Source of the DNA: Ophelia neglecta
Lineage: Eukaryota
Assembly: GCA_965285935.1 (NCBI GenBank)
Contig: OZ260663.1
Span: 45,880,001-45,944,000 of the forward strand
Length of the DNA: 64,000 nucleotides
Reading direction: 5' to 3'
Below the pieces are notes generated by a model, which was not told the origin of the DNA, did not search any database, and saw only the letters and a program-made list of their open reading frames with translations. Position numbers and translations under genes: made by a program. Positions 40,430 through 54,010 of the stretch are shown here, piece by piece; the first letter of the stretch is position 1; every line of letters begins with the position of its first letter.

Positions 40430-43400
40430 CTATTGTTTCCTTAGGGTTCTTTTTTCTGCACAGAAATAACCAATAAGTCCAATTATGAGCATTGCCATCA
40501 CCGCATAAATTTTAATGAAAACGCACAGGTTAAAATGTAAACTGCCAAACGCCAAGAAGAGACCAAGTGATTCCCACAATTTGTAGTTTGTAAAGGCAGC
40601 ATCCTTGTCTTCCATGAAAACACATGCGTACATAGCTGCAACCAGAAAAAGTGATAGTTAAAGAGATTATTTTTTCATCAAAGCTATTATTGAATGGTGG
40701 TTTGAAGACCTGTAAATATGCCCATTGGTAAGATGCTAGTGCTATCTTTTTGAGGCTTAAGTCGTATCACAAAATCTTGCTGAAAGCCAATACACAGGGA
40801 AACATACGTCCAGGGACTTATATACATGTACCAATAAGTGTTGAGCACTATGATGCATTTTTCCATATAACTTGCTTTCTATCATTCAAGACAGTCACAT
40901 TTAGCATGCTGCAACATATAAATGTAGAACTTCACATTTTTCTTGTTTTGAAGCAAGTGTTTTATGAAATAATGAGTGCTGTGACTTTTTAGATCACCCA
41001 CTACACCACACTTTCTATTGAGTCTTCAAACTGAAATTGTGTGGTTCACAAGAAGTTTCACATGAAAAAGTGCATTTAATTATATTAGTCAGTTGGGTAA
41101 ATGAAAATAACCTGGTGTAATAGAAATGGTTGGATTAAAATAATATAATTGCTGAATGGGCAATGAATACCTTCTCTTCTTTTATAGAAAGTTACTAAGC
41201 AAGAAATATGTCGACATTGTGAGTTATGCATGCTGTCCACCTGTAAATAAAACCATAGTGAGTATGACTGTCCCAGAGGCATGTTGGGATGAATTAAATT
41301 CACAGTATGCGAGTTCACCCTGGACAATAACTCTTGCCAAGCCAAAATACAATATCCCGTCACCATAACCTGTACACATTAGTATATACATTGCATTACC
41401 AGTTACTTTAATATTGTCAGTACAGTATACGTTGAACTGCATGGATTCCATAAAAATAGGCACCTACCACAAGAGATAAACTTGTAGCATGAATACAGAC
41501 TGGGAGGCAAGAATAAAACGAAACTAGGAACTTCTATTTTAGTATTAGACTGGGCCTTTTCTCAGAATATTAGTGAATTTTTGAACCAAGATATTAAAAC
41601 ATGGATGCACTGGAGAACAATATCATTACTTAAATTAAGTCAAAGGTTTTGTTTAATGCAAACTGTTATGAGGCTTGTATCGAAATGTAAAGCACATACT
41701 TTATTGTATCAGTTGTACTTACCATTAATCATAGTTTTCCAAATAGCATCTGCCAGACCCCACAAGGCAGATATGGTAAAGAAAACCCACACCCAATCAC
41801 TATCAGGCTGCCAGAGGAAGATGGTGAGTAGTAGAGCACACTGAACAAAACCACCTTAAAGTAAACTACTGACCTTCAATGTGTGTGATATTAATCGGTC
41901 TGTTTCAAGAAAATCCTTATCAATAAGGAAAGGAAACACCTAGTACAACTATTTGTCTTACCAGTTGCTTTTACATAGAATACCTTCAACAGTGTGGGTG
42001 CGATTGTATGGCATAAACCTGTAGCAGTTTGTTTTACACTAGGTTGTTCACTTCTGTAGTCACCGTTTAGAATGAGAAATATGTCTCTGTATAGGCCTAT
42101 CTTTTTCACAGTTATGCCCATCTGACCTGGTAGAAATTGCAGCATTACCTAGAAATCACTTTTTTTCTCAGAATGCCAAATTGGGCTAGAGTAACTATAT
42201 TCAAAGTGTTTATGAAAAAGCTATTTAATCTTACAGTATTGGCTCTAAAGAGACAAACTTGATAGGACTAGGAGACTTTGTTTTTTTGTCACATTTCCAA
42301 GGTGCTGTCTTGGAATTGGGTTGAGACCTACAATATGCCTTATCAAGTTGTTGAGACTTGATGATTCTAGTTCCTGGGCCTTTTTTTCTAGAATAATCTT
42401 AACTTTTGTCTCAAGAAACAATGTATGCTCAATCATACATGATGAAAGCAATCAAGCTTCCATTGTCATCCAAGCAAATATTTAAATTCTTTCAAGCACA
42501 CAGGGCCAGATTTAATGCCAGATCAGACTGTAATGTTGCCCATGAACATTTTCTTTCTTCATTTCTGGTGCATTGATGTGTAATAAAATTATTGTAGTTT
42601 GCAATCCAGGATTTTGAATTTGTAGCATATTTACTCTGAGATGCATCTTTGGAATCGGGACTAAGTCGTTTTCACATGATTTTCTGATATGCACAAAAGG
42701 AGACACACTAGTATCTTAAATATGTTTCAATTAACAAACTTGAGCTACTTTGGTAGTTACAAACTGTTTTATCCACTCACTCACCTGTCATTGGCCACAA
42801 TGTAATATATTGTTTAAATGTGTTTCTTCACTACGAAAGAAATGTATTTCAATACTGTGTGTCCATTTGATGAAAAGAAATGTGGTTCAATGAAATAATT
42901 ATGAATCAACCAGGTTTTAAGAGAATAAAAAAAAACATTTCTGCTTGAAAGGCACTACTCATTCAACACACTTAAATATAATCCATATTAAATGTATCAG
43001 TGAAGGCTTATGATGTCACAGCAACACTCCCCCCCCCCCAACCCCCAGCCCCCACTCCAAACACTTTTGTTTTTATCCAGCGCTCATGCACCTTTGGCCA
43101 CAATTAAGTCATGACATCCATGTGCCAACCCAGCCCAAGACATTAGCATGGTTAATAGCCCAACACTATGGTCAAACTATAGCAGCAGCCCACCCCTACC
43201 CAAACTGAGGATAAATTCTGGAAAAGCCCTGACCAAAGTTTCAGCAACTCAAGTAGTAAACATTGCTACTGCTAGTTAATTCAAAACAATGTGTGTGGCC
43301 GTAAAGTTAAACTTACAGTGTGTAAAATGATTTCTGTGTAGATATGATCATGAAAGTTGCAGTCATTTGGAAACCTATACTTTACCTAATGCTATGAGGG

Positions 43401-45569
43401 AAACTCGTCCAATACAATTGGCTAAATATCCAACCAAGAATGAAGAGATAGCAGCAACTCCTCCATGGCATATGAAAATCAGCATAACCATCCAAAATAT
43501 ACCAAGACTGCAGTGCACATAACTCTTTAAAAAAATAGTCATATTATGTCTTTGATTTTTTAACATACATGTATGTGAAATATGGTAACAGGTGAAAGAG
43601 AGCATGAAATTTAATTTGAAAACTAATAAACCTTTGTGAAATCGCTCCAAAAGAATCCTTGCTGCAATCCACTATATATAGAGATAGGTATTAGCAGTAG
43701 TTGATTGCATTTCTTCAAGTGAGTCAGGGTGGACACAAGTAGTTCACAGCTGGCTTTACATTTGCTTGATTCATTCACACTGGTCCGTCTGGTAGTGGTC
43801 ACTCGAAGATTAGCATCTTCCCGGTCCAAGGAGTCATACTTCTCCAGGCTAGATCCCTTGTGGCGTAAGTTGTCCGACAAAAACATGATTGCAATCAGCA
43901 TGGAGAGAAAACACAGTCCAGCATAGATACCACACACTGTGTAAAGCTGAAAAACCAGTCAAAAGATGTATGATAAATTCCAACCAGCAAATTTGGCTTT
44001 ATTTTACCCTTTGCATACATTTTTTCTGTGAAAAATTACATTCATCTTTTGAACAAGTCTGATGATATTTCCCTTCAAAGTATTGTGGATATGTTTTTTT
44101 AATTTGTGTGTTTGTTACCTTTTTCTCCTCCCACCTAGTATTTAGAAAGTCTCAAAACATAAACCCCACTTGCTACTTGCAATGTGGCCTAATGAAAAGC
44201 CAATACCATTTATTACCTGCTGGTCATTTGGTGGTGGAAATCTGGGGCCATCATCCTGCTGGTCACCTGGGCAGTATAATGCTCCACAAGTCGATAACCC
44301 AGTAGCATTGATTGGAACATATAAGTCCAGCAAAACATAGCTTGAAATCAGGTTGCCCCATATCTGAGCTGAAGTTGAAAAAGTTCTGCATAAAACTAGA
44401 TGTTTTTAAAAAAGAAGAGGCTTCTTAATTACTTAAAAAACATTTGCACTATCTATCAACATGTCAAACTGTAATAGTTAGAAGTTAGCACTTTTATTGA
44501 ATTTTTAGATAAATTATAGTTCAGTTAGATTACAGTTAACCAATAAAATATTGGCAAAGACAATAGGACGTTCGACTAAAGGAACCTGGTAGCACATAAA
44601 CCTCAGTCTTCTGGGCCCAAGTTAAAAGTACATTAAAATCTCCTAAAGAGAACTTTATAAATACCTGTTTGGTAAACAAAGAAGAAAATTCCAAAGAATC
44701 GGTTGATAATTACATCAGCATCTTCTCCAGACCAATCAGCAAACTGTTTGCTAGCCTCAGTCAAGTATGAACATTTAGCTGGCCAAAGGAGGGCGGCTCC
44801 CAACCCAACAAAGATGGATGTTGGAATGATAGTGACTTCAGATGGGTAAAGGCTAGCAACCATGTACAGGCCGTAGGGTATTATTGATACTACTATACAC
44901 CATTTGTACCCCAAATGTGTACACATTAGGGGGCTAAGGAACATGCATGCCAAGAACAGAGATGCATATATGCTAATCAATCCAACCATTGATGTTTTTT
45001 CTTCCATGAACACTCCGGAAACTTGGAGAATCTGAATGCTCCGAAAGGAGGTAAAATTTAGTAGGAATACCAAGGAAAGAATGAGGACATTTCTGAGGAT
45101 CCTTCTCTTTTCCTGACGAACAATTTTGTTGTTTTTCATGTAGTTTTTCTGTAGTTTATTTGAGGCATAGCCCGGCTTAGAGAGTTGAGACACCAGGGCC
45201 ATTCTTGGTAGATCCATACTTTCCTCAAAATCATCTCGGTCCTGTAGCTCCGCCATCACTACCCCAAAACTCTGAAAGGTCACCTGAAAAGGATATGCAT
45301 GGATTCTTTTAGAAAAAGATTACTTTCATTTACATGTATATTAAGTTCTGAAGAAGGCAGGCTTGTCTGCTGAATATTTTATTATTATCAGGTATCTAAA
45401 CTTTTTTTCATTTATAATACCATTGTTACAATTCTTTTAACTGATCCATGATAATAATGCACTCACAGTAGTTGATAAATAAAAACAACTTTTACTCTTA
45501 ACTTGTGTAGTACACCTATTGCCATTAAATTAGGGTCAGTTAAATCTATAGATGATGATTACTTACCAT
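40430..45569 (-). CDS. UNC93A: UNC-93-like (UNC93A family) major facilitator superfamily membrane protein, ~521 aa
   Basis: Exons (minus): 45569-45567 (ATG only, then GTAAGT), 45283-44665, 44368-44217, 43946-43632, 43524-43386, 41854-41723, 40635-40430. Phases are consistent, total 1566 nt. UNC-93 family motifs: RNVLILSLVFLLNFTSF, GLGAALLWPAKCSYLT, INRFFGIFF..YQTAQIWGNLISS, LLLIPISIYSGLQQGF, LWGLADAIW, AAFTNYKLWESLG. The true start could instead be the downstream ATG of MAELQ. The symbol is at family level. Confidence 0.88.
45340..45430 (+). mobile_element. Short diverged fragment of the same Penelope-like/hammerhead repeat, in UNC93 intron 1
   Basis: AAGTT-CTGAAGA-A-GGCAGGC-TT-GTCTGCT-GAATATTT shares the stem II sequence of the other two copies. 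Confidence 0.5.
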
Positions 45570-48538
45570 GCTGACATTACTTTGTCTTTGTTCTGCCATA
45601 TTTAAGCACAGGTTGTAGAATATTTACTATTATATACAAATCCTTCCTGAATCTTTTCCTGGCTTAACAATCAGGAAAACATAAAGATGTCAGCACAATG
45701 AAACATCATGTCCTATGTATAGGTCATAAGTATAGGCTATACAGAATAGCATATGACATCCTGCTAGTATTTATAGCAAATCTATAATGCTCAGAGAGAG
45801 TGATGTAAAATAATATGACATCATATGTCTTCGGATTTCATTGAAGTACACTCGTCCCTACTTTAACCTTATACATACTATCTCTTCCAATCCTGTCATT
45901 TAATGCCTGCCTGCAGACGCAATATTGCTGATAAATCATAGAACTGGTTGACTTGGGGGTGTCAAATTACAGTTTGTATTCATAATGACTCTATGTAAGA
46001 GAGTATCTATTACAGCACAAAAACCTTAATTTAATGCTCAAATTTCTGACCAGGGTATCAATCACCAGAGCTGTATGTCTGTTAATTAATTTAAATATCC
46101 TTTTATCTGAAGAATTTCAAAAGGGTGAAACTATTGAAGGCCTATAAAATATAAAACACCAAATTACAAAGATTTTGCTCCATGACCACAACATAAAGGA
46201 TTCTGAACGGAACTCTAAAGGTAAATACAATTAATTATACAGTACAATTATGATTTGAAGCCCAGTGGTGGGGCTCCTTGCCTTAGAATGTGACAGAGTT
46301 GGGGTTGGGGGCTGAGAGAAGGAGGGGGATGGAGAACCCCTGAGCCATAATGCTGTACATTTTATTAGGTGACATTATTATACAATAAGTGTCTCAATGT
46401 TAGGCCACAAAATTTCAAGCACTCTAGCCACAAAGACAAATTGTCAAAATACTTTGAGGAATGTGACCATGATTTATATATAATAGGCCAAAACTCTCAA
46501 AACAGGACCCTTAATCAAGAAGAAGAACAGTCCCTCCCTGACTTGACCAATAGTTTAATGCAAATAGTAAAAGCACCTTCCACTTTCAACCACTTGATTT
46601 GATTTGAGGCTAAAGCAAAAAGTGTCCTAGCGGCCATTAAAAGTTGAAACAAACAACTTTACATGTTTTGTGATATCAATCCAGTTTAGGTTTTAACTTC
46701 AGCCATTATCCTGGTAATAAATGTATTGGGAGTTTGCTGAGATCTCACAGAACACATTTATTACATAAAAATTAGATATTTTGGATATGGTAGGCCTATA
46801 CCAGCATGGATCATGCATGCATAGCCCAGGGGTTTTACAGTCTGAGAGCATCTTTACTTGCACAAATACATCTAGATTTTACCATAAATTTCAAACCCTG
46901 GGAAGTCTTGCTAAACATCTAAAGAAAACTTAAATCATAAAATTCTCACCAAGAATAGATGTATTTCAAATATCTTCAAGTCCAAATTTTTAAGGCAGAT
47001 TTGTGAGAATGAAAGAATCTAGATGTTGGGAAGAAAACTGCTAGCACTTGACAATGACTAACATTCAAATCCAGTGTGTATTAAACAGCTGTCCCAGATT
47101 TAGCCGGTGGAATGAGGTCACATGGTAAATCTCTGCCAGGTTCAGCATGTGGATATACAAAGCCTGTGCTACCATAGCAACCAGAAGCTACAGTCTCAAA
47201 TAACACAGAATGTTGGATAACATAGATAAGCTTCATTTCAAGGCATGGATATAAGCACTTGGCAAACAACATTCCAACATAAACTGTACACATTTCCTAA
47301 TCGAATTAATTCCTATATAGGGGTCTTGATGATAGAAAGTATATCAAACAAGAAAAGAGCATGGGGATATTTGGGGATGTTTTTTAATGACTTTATCTTA
47401 GTCCTAAGCATTAAAAGTGAGATACAGGGGATGTTATAAAGCAATTAATACATGACTCAAGTTATTTCCATTGATGTTAATAAAAAGTGCATAATGCTTT
47501 CTGAGTAAAACGGGTCAACATTCAGGAAACAGGTATAGCTAGCAAAAGGATAAAAACAGCCTCCTCTGGGAAGACATGTTTAAAGGATAACAAATTGATT
47601 ATAATGGATTTGAATGTCACCCGGCCGGTGGACCTGCACTGAAACAAATGTAACAAGGCAGGCCTGCCAAGTTCCCCAGTTTAGCAAGGGGTCCCTAGCA
47701 ATTAAATTATTTAACCCGTTCTCCGGCAACAACCTAAAACCCCCCTTACTTTCAACCACTTTGGATAATATTTTATTGCCTAGGGAGCATTTTTACTCAA
47801 AGTAACAGTCTTTTTGTCGTTTTTTTTTTATATAGGCATCACACTGGGGTAATATCAGCTTTTTGGCACTGTGCTCCAAAGGCAAACCTTCCATTTTGTC
47901 CATATGACACCTTACAAATGCAACCCTAGAACGTGGCAATTCTGACAAAGGATTGTGAAAAAATACTATCTGCTACTTTCAATATTAGGCTACAGTTATA
48001 AATTAGCTCCAATATTGCCTAGCAACCAGTTTCCTATAATATCTCAATACCTTAATAATAAAAGCTATCTGGTGAAAAAATGCATCACAGGCAACATATG
48101 AGGGAGGATGCTGATCAAGTGCTTAGCATGGTCAACTTTCCAATGCAAGGGGAAGCAAGCACTTCTGAACTCAGGCAGTTTTGTGTGTACCTGGCAGAAA
48201 AATGAATAAGGTTCTTTGATGCTATGGCAATTGTTTCTTGTACATAGAATGAAATTCAATGATATTGACGGTTATTTTGCCATGACTTTCACTTTTGCCA
48301 TGACTTTCGCCAATCACAAACAGTCAATTGGCGATATTTCATCGGGACATGGTAATTGAGGGAACTAGAATATTGGCGTGGAGATTTAGATATGAAGCTG
48401 TGTGCATCTCCCTAGATGTTAAACTGTAAAGACCAATTTAATTGACTACAGTATATTATATAGTGCTACCCACTAACAGGAAAGTGCAGTGCAAAAAGGC
48501 TTTCCTTTTTTTCAAATATTTTTACATGCGCTTAGTTA

Positions 48539-50697
48539 TCTATAATTATATTATAGTAGTGCAACATGGATTTCCCGGTTCCTCAACAAACAGATGTGCC
48601 TGAAATCTTTACCGATTGTTGCTGAAACTTTTGTGGTTGTGCTAATGTATGTGAGATTGCGGTGCGCTGTTTTCGTTTTGCAGACAAAAAGCTTTTGCAT
48701 TTTGGGAAAATCTGTCGTCTGTATCATTTGCAGCCATACTTGATGCCATATTTGATGTTGCCAAGCAACAGCAGTGCATCATGGGAAATACTATAACAGA
48801 GCAGAGCTGAGCCTGCCTCCTTTCAACATGCCATGCTGATAACTGATAAGATTCAGAGTGGGCCTGTTTTGTTTACACAATAGATTAACATCTAAATGGA
48901 GAGGAGGACAGAGGCTATGATGGAGGTGTTGGGGGAGGGGGGGCCGGGGGGGGGGGGGGGGGGGGGGTAGGCAGCCAAGGGGAGGAGGCTTATCTAAGGG
49001 GGGAAGGAGGGGTGGGGGTTACCTAGCACTCTTATGCTTTGCTGATGTACTGATAAAATGCAGAGAAACCTGTTTTGATGTCACAAGAGATTAACATATA
49101 GATGGCAGTATAAAAATAGACTGAGGCTACAGAGGGGGGGGGGAGGGGGCAGCCAGGGGGAGGGTTAGCCAAACAGCACAAAAAGGGGCAGGCAAGGGGA
49201 GGAGGGTTATCTCAGGGGGAAGGAGGGGGTAGGGGGTTTAAATAGCACTCTCATGCAATACTGATGTACTGATAAAATGCAGAACAACCTGTTTTGTTGT
49301 CACAAGAGATTAACATATAAATTACAGTATAAGACTAGACTGAGGTTGCAGTGGGGGGAGGGGGGTGGGGGGTTAGGCATACAGCACAATAAAGGACAGC
49401 CAAGGGGAGGAGGGTTATCTAAGGGGGAAGGAGAGGTGGGGGGTATCCAGCACTCTCATGCAAGGCTGATGTACCTGTTTTGTTTACATGTTAAGATTAA
49501 CATGTAAATGACATTATAAGAGGAGACTGTGGCTATGGGGGGGGGGGCAGGGGCAGGGTTAGGTTTACAGCACAAAATGTGGCTGCCAAGGAGAGGAGGG
49601 TTATATAAAAGGGAGGGGGGGGGTATAAAAAGTCCAGTTTGCTCGGTTCATGAACATGATTTGAGTGGGAACCAACAGAGCAGACGCAGACCTATCAAGT
49701 TTGTTTTGTTCTAGGCCCCTGTCACGCTATCCATAAGTATGAAATTGGACTTAGGGTAGGGCACCAGGGGTCCGGGTTGTTTTGTTATTTGATCCAATCA
49801 TTCAGGGTGGAGGAAGGAGACTTTATAAAACAGACCTGTCTGGAATGTTCTGTTTAAGGAACCAATATTTTCTCTTTCAATTCTTTTTTCGTGACGTAAT
49901 TCGCCTATGTATAGAATTGAAAAGGCCAGCTTATTGGCTGTATGATCCGAAATCAATCTATTGTCATGTGTATTGGGCATTTCATTCCCAGCGTTCAATC
50001 AAGGATCAGGCACAGTGTCACAAACTGAACTTCTTGAAAAAGATGGTCTGTATGATTATTGAGTGATATTGAAGTGGTCGCACCGTAACTTATAGAAATA
50101 AAAATTATCATCATATTTTATAGGTCTTTGACAAGAATTTTCTCTCCCATTTTAGAAAAAAAAAACTGAAACAGTTTTCTTTTGCGAATCTAGAGTCTTA
50201 TCCGAAAAAACATATTTTGTCAACTTAGAGAATTTATAGCTACTAAACATGAATTATTTTTAGAGGCTATATAGCTGTTATTTATGTCGTGATAATATTG
50301 TGTTGCAAAACCTCTTTACACTTTTAAGGCTTTAAAGAATCTGGATCACCCTGGAAATGGACTCTTCTTTTTATGAAATTTCAAAGCATCATGTGTTTCA
50401 CTTCAGATTCCAGAGTGGGCTCTGGGGAATGGAGTGTGTAAATTTATATGCAGATACAAAATTGAGAATATTACATGAACATAGCTGGCCGGTGAAGCAG
50501 TTATAATTAGGGCGGTAGTACGTTGTCACAAAGCAGTCAAATTTCAAATGTTGAAACCAAAGAAAACTGCCTTTATGAGACAGGTGGTGCTGCTAAATAG
50601 TTACAATGTAGGCCTAAACCATTTTGTCTGTGTATTTGGTTGTTTCATTATTCGGATACTTTCCTCCACTGCGGACTTTTCCACGGGTCACTGCTAG
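48539..50697 (+). mobile_element. Non-autonomous Helitron, copy 1 (~2.16 kb)
   Basis: Starts A|TCTATAATTATATT and ends with an imperfect hairpin CTGCGGACTTTTCCACGG followed by GTCACTGCTAG|T. It has no TIRs or TSD and sits between A and T, which are the canonical Helitron hallmarks. It is closely similar to the adjacent copy over its full length. No Rep/Hel ORF. Confidence 0.8.
48840..49625 (+). repeat. ~205-220 bp G-rich internal tandem repeat of Helitron copy 1 (about 3.5 units)
   Basis: The anchor CTGATGTAC recurs at 49042, 49261 and ~49466. Each unit contains CCTGTTTTG...AGATTAACAT...AGACTGAGG and long G tracts. Confidence 0.75.
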
Positions 50698-50700
50698 TTA

Positions 50701-52698
50701 TCTATAATTATATTGCAGTAGTGCAACATGGATTTCCCGGTTCCTCAACGAACCGATGTCCCTGAAATCTTCACCGATTGTTGCTGAAACTTCTGTGGTT
50801 GTACAAAAGTATGTAAGATTGCGGTGCGCTGTGCGCGTTTTGCAGTCAAAAATCTTTTGCATTTTGGGAAAATCTGTCGTCTGTATCATTTGCAGCCATT
50901 CTTGATGCCATATTTGATGTTGTCAAGCAACAGCAGTGCATCATGGGAAATACTGCCTCCATTCAACATGACACGCTGATTACTGATAAGATTCAGAGTG
51001 AGCCTGTTTTGTTGACACAATAGATTAACATCTAAAAAGGAGGCTGATCTAAGGGGGAAAGGGGGGGGGGTGTAACCTAGCAGTCTCATGCAATGCTGAT
51101 GTACTGATAAAATGCAGAGAAACCTGTTTTGATGTCACGAGAGATTAACATGTAGATGACAGTATAAAACTAGACTTAGGCTACAGAGGGAGGAGGGGGG
51201 CAGCTGGGGGGGGGGGGTTAGGCATACAGCACAAAAAGGGGCAGGCAAGGGGAGGAGGGTTATCTAAGGGGGGAGGAGGGGGGAGGGGGTTTACATAGCA
51301 CCCTCATGCAATGCTGATGTACTGATAAAATGCAGAGAAACCTGTTTTGTTGTCACAAGAGACTAACATGTAAATGACAGTATAAGACTAGACTGAGGCT
51401 CCAGAGGGGGAGGGTGGGGGGTGGGGGTGGGGTAGGCATACAGCACAAAAAGAAGCAGCCAATGGGAGGAGGGTTATCTAAGGGGGAATGAGGGGGGGGG
51501 GGGTAGCCACGGGAGGGTTAGGCTTACAGCACAAAATGTGGCAGCCAAGGAGAGGAGGACTATATGAAAGGGAGGAGGGAGGGGGGGGGGGATAAAAAGT
51601 CCAGTTTGCGCGGTTCATGAACATGATTTGTATGTTGGAGTGGGAACCAACAGAGCACACCTAACCCGTTTGTTTTGTTTTTAGGCCCCTGTCACCCTAT
51701 TCAAAATTATGAAAGGGGACTTATGGTAGTGCACCAGCGGTTCGGGTTGTTTAGTTATTTGATCCAATCATTCGGGGTGGAGGAAGCAGACTTAATAAAA
51801 CAGACCTGTCCGGATTGTTCTGTTATTGGCCCATATTTAGGAACCAATATTTAGTATATTTTTCTCTTTCAATACTTTTTTTTAGTGAATTAATTGGTCT
51901 ATAAGTTGGCGTACGTATAGAATTGACAATGACAGCTTATTGGCCGTATGATCCGAAATCAATCTATTGTCAGGCATATTGGGCGTTTGATTCCCAGCGT
52001 TCAATCAAGGATCAGGCACAGTGTCACTAACTGAACTGAAAGATGGTCTGTGTGATTATTGAGTGATATTGAAGTGGTCGCACCGTAACTTATAGAAATA
52101 AAAATTATCGTCATATTTTATAGGTCTTTGACAAGAATTTTCTCTCCCATTTGAGAAAAATAAAAAACACTGAACAGTTTTCTTTTGCGATTCTTGAGTC
52201 TTATCCGACATATTTTGTCAACTTAGAGAATTTATAGCAACTAAACATGAATTATTTTTAGCGGCTATATAGCTGTAATTTATGTTGTGATAGTAATGTG
52301 CTGCAAAACCACTTTACACTCTTAAGGCTTTAAAGAATCTGGATCACCTTGGAAATGAACCCTTCTTTTTATGAAATTTCAAAGCATCATGTGTTTCACC
52401 TCAGATACCAGAGTGGGCTCTGGGGAATGGAGTGTATATATATATACATATGCAGATACAAAATTGAGAATGTTGCATGAACATAGCTGGCCGGTGAAGC
52501 AGTTATAATCAGGGCAGTAGTACGTTGTCACAAAGCAGTCACATTTCAAATGTTGAAACCAAAGAAAACTGCCTTTATGAGACAGGTGGTGCTGCTAAAT
52601 AGTTACTATGTAGGCCTACACCATTTTGTCTGTGTATTTGGTTGTTTCTTATACGGATACTTTCCTCCACTGAGGACTTTTCCACGGGTCACTGCTAG
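50701..52698 (+). mobile_element. Non-autonomous Helitron, copy 2 (~2.0 kb), head-to-tail with copy 1
   Basis: Same termini as copy 1: A|TCTATAATTATATT...CTGAGGACTTTTCCACGGGTCACTGCTAG|T. Separated from copy 1 by TTA only. Confidence 0.8.
50980..51595 (+). repeat. ~218 bp G-rich internal tandem repeat of Helitron copy 2 (about 2.5 units)
   Basis: CTGATGTACTGATAAAATGCAGAGAAACCTGTTTTG occurs at 51096 and 51314, with G tracts between the units. Confidence 0.75.
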
Positions 52699-53049
52699 TA
52701 ATGTTATAATAGTATAACTTAAAAACATCCCTTTTCAGTTTTTTATGTGAATGGATGTACGTGACCAGCCGACAGTGGTCCAATGCCCCCAGGAGCTACT
52801 CTATGTCTAAAGAAATCTTCTTCAATGGAGAAGAATTTAAGGATTGGGAAATTCCTTTTAGCCTATTTGCATATAGACTAGTACTTTAGTTGAGTATACT
52901 AAGAATGTTATTTTGCATACAAGTGTAGATGTGGTTTTAGCCCAATGTAGAAGACTGAAAATTTCAGTGCTGAAGTATCTATGCCTTGCAGAACACAGCA
53001 CTTAATTGGGAATCTATAGAAAACAACATATTTTACAACCTAAATTTCA

Positions 53050-53380
53050 CCACCAAAGCGTGGCCGAGTGGTTAGGGCGTCTACCTCGCAAGTGGTAGAT
53101 CGGGGTTTGAATCCTGATTGTGTGAAACCCATAACTTAAAAATAGGTACTGATAGCTCCACTGACAGGCACCCGGTATTATTTCGGGGGTAGTATCAGGA
53201 CTGGTCAACCCGGTGTCAGTATAATGTGACTGGGTGGGGTTCTCGATCTGGTGTCTAATACAGGTTATCCAGTGAGGCAGCACTCTAAAGAGGGCATTGG
53301 GCCCACTGTCACAAGTAGGCACTGTGGCTATATGACCATATAAGTGTTGGAAGCCTCGTAAAACCCCAAACAACCAACAA
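53050..53380 (+). mobile_element. tRNA-derived SINE (~330 bp), Meta/MESC-core-like
   Basis: Pol III A box TGGCCGAGTGG (53061-53071) and B box GGTTTGAATCC (53104-53114). The central GGACTGGTCAACCCGGTGTCAGTATAATGTGACTGGGTGGGG resembles the conserved core of molluscan SINEs (from recall, not searched). There is a (CAAA/CAAC)n tail and an imperfect TSD, AACCTAAATTTCA (53037-53049) versus AACCCTAAATTTTCA (53380-53394). Confidence 0.85.
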
Positions 53381-53539
53381 ACCCTAAATTTTCATACTGC
53401 TTTGTGACCCTATGAAGGTCCGTTTATTTAAAACGGGACTTCTGGTTTTATTCCTTAGAAAACCTCATGCTATGTAGCTTATTGAATCTCAGGTTGTGCT
53501 ACCTTGTTATAACTTCCATGGTTTTTTTAGGCATTTTTA

Positions 53540-54010
53540 TATTGTTAACAATACGAAAACAATAATAAACAATCAATATTAAAATAAAACAAAACACCAG
53601 GGTATAAGTGTCGAATTTTCGACAGGCAAGCCTGCCTTCTTCTGGACTTTATTTAAAATGAAAGGTTTATATTGACTATACACAATGCCTTAGTGACCCT
53701 TCCCCTGTGACGCTATACTGTGACGTCATACTCAGCTATTGTTACCTTAATCCACCGAGCAAACATATCCCTTCCTCATGCTACCCATCACACGGTGGAT
53801 TTATTATACAGGTTGCTGAAAAGATACCCATTGGACCGGGCAGTCGCTGAAAAGATACCCACTGGACTGGGCAGTCCTCAATATTAAGTTAGAAAATAAT
53901 CAAAAAGACGATCCAGTCCAACAAAACCCGGAAAAAGTGCCTGGGCAAAATTCTGGCCTCCTTCCAGTATGAGTGCTTCACAAGAATTATAGTTAGATCT
54001 CTAAATAATA
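53540..54010 (-). mobile_element. Penelope-like retroelement 3' remnant with a minimal hammerhead motif
   Basis: Second copy of the 22.2 kb repeat, on the minus strand, with the hammerhead-like core at 53650-53607. The upstream frame DLTIILVKHSYWKEARILPRHFF...LNIE weakly resembles a decayed GIY-YIG C-terminus. Includes a 31-bp tandem duplication at 53815-53876. Confidence 0.55.

Noticed and set aside
48840-51595. CRISPR-like or coding interpretation of the spaced repeats and Gly-rich ORFs
   Set aside because: This is eukaryotic DNA, the units are full tandem repeats without unique spacers, and the ORFs are by-products of G tracts.
53050-53125. tRNA gene
   Set aside because: A and B boxes are present, but the acceptor stem does not pair and the sequence continues into a SINE body, tail and TSD.
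53047-53373. 108-aa minus-strand ORF
   Set aside because: Coincides with the antisense strand of the SINE.
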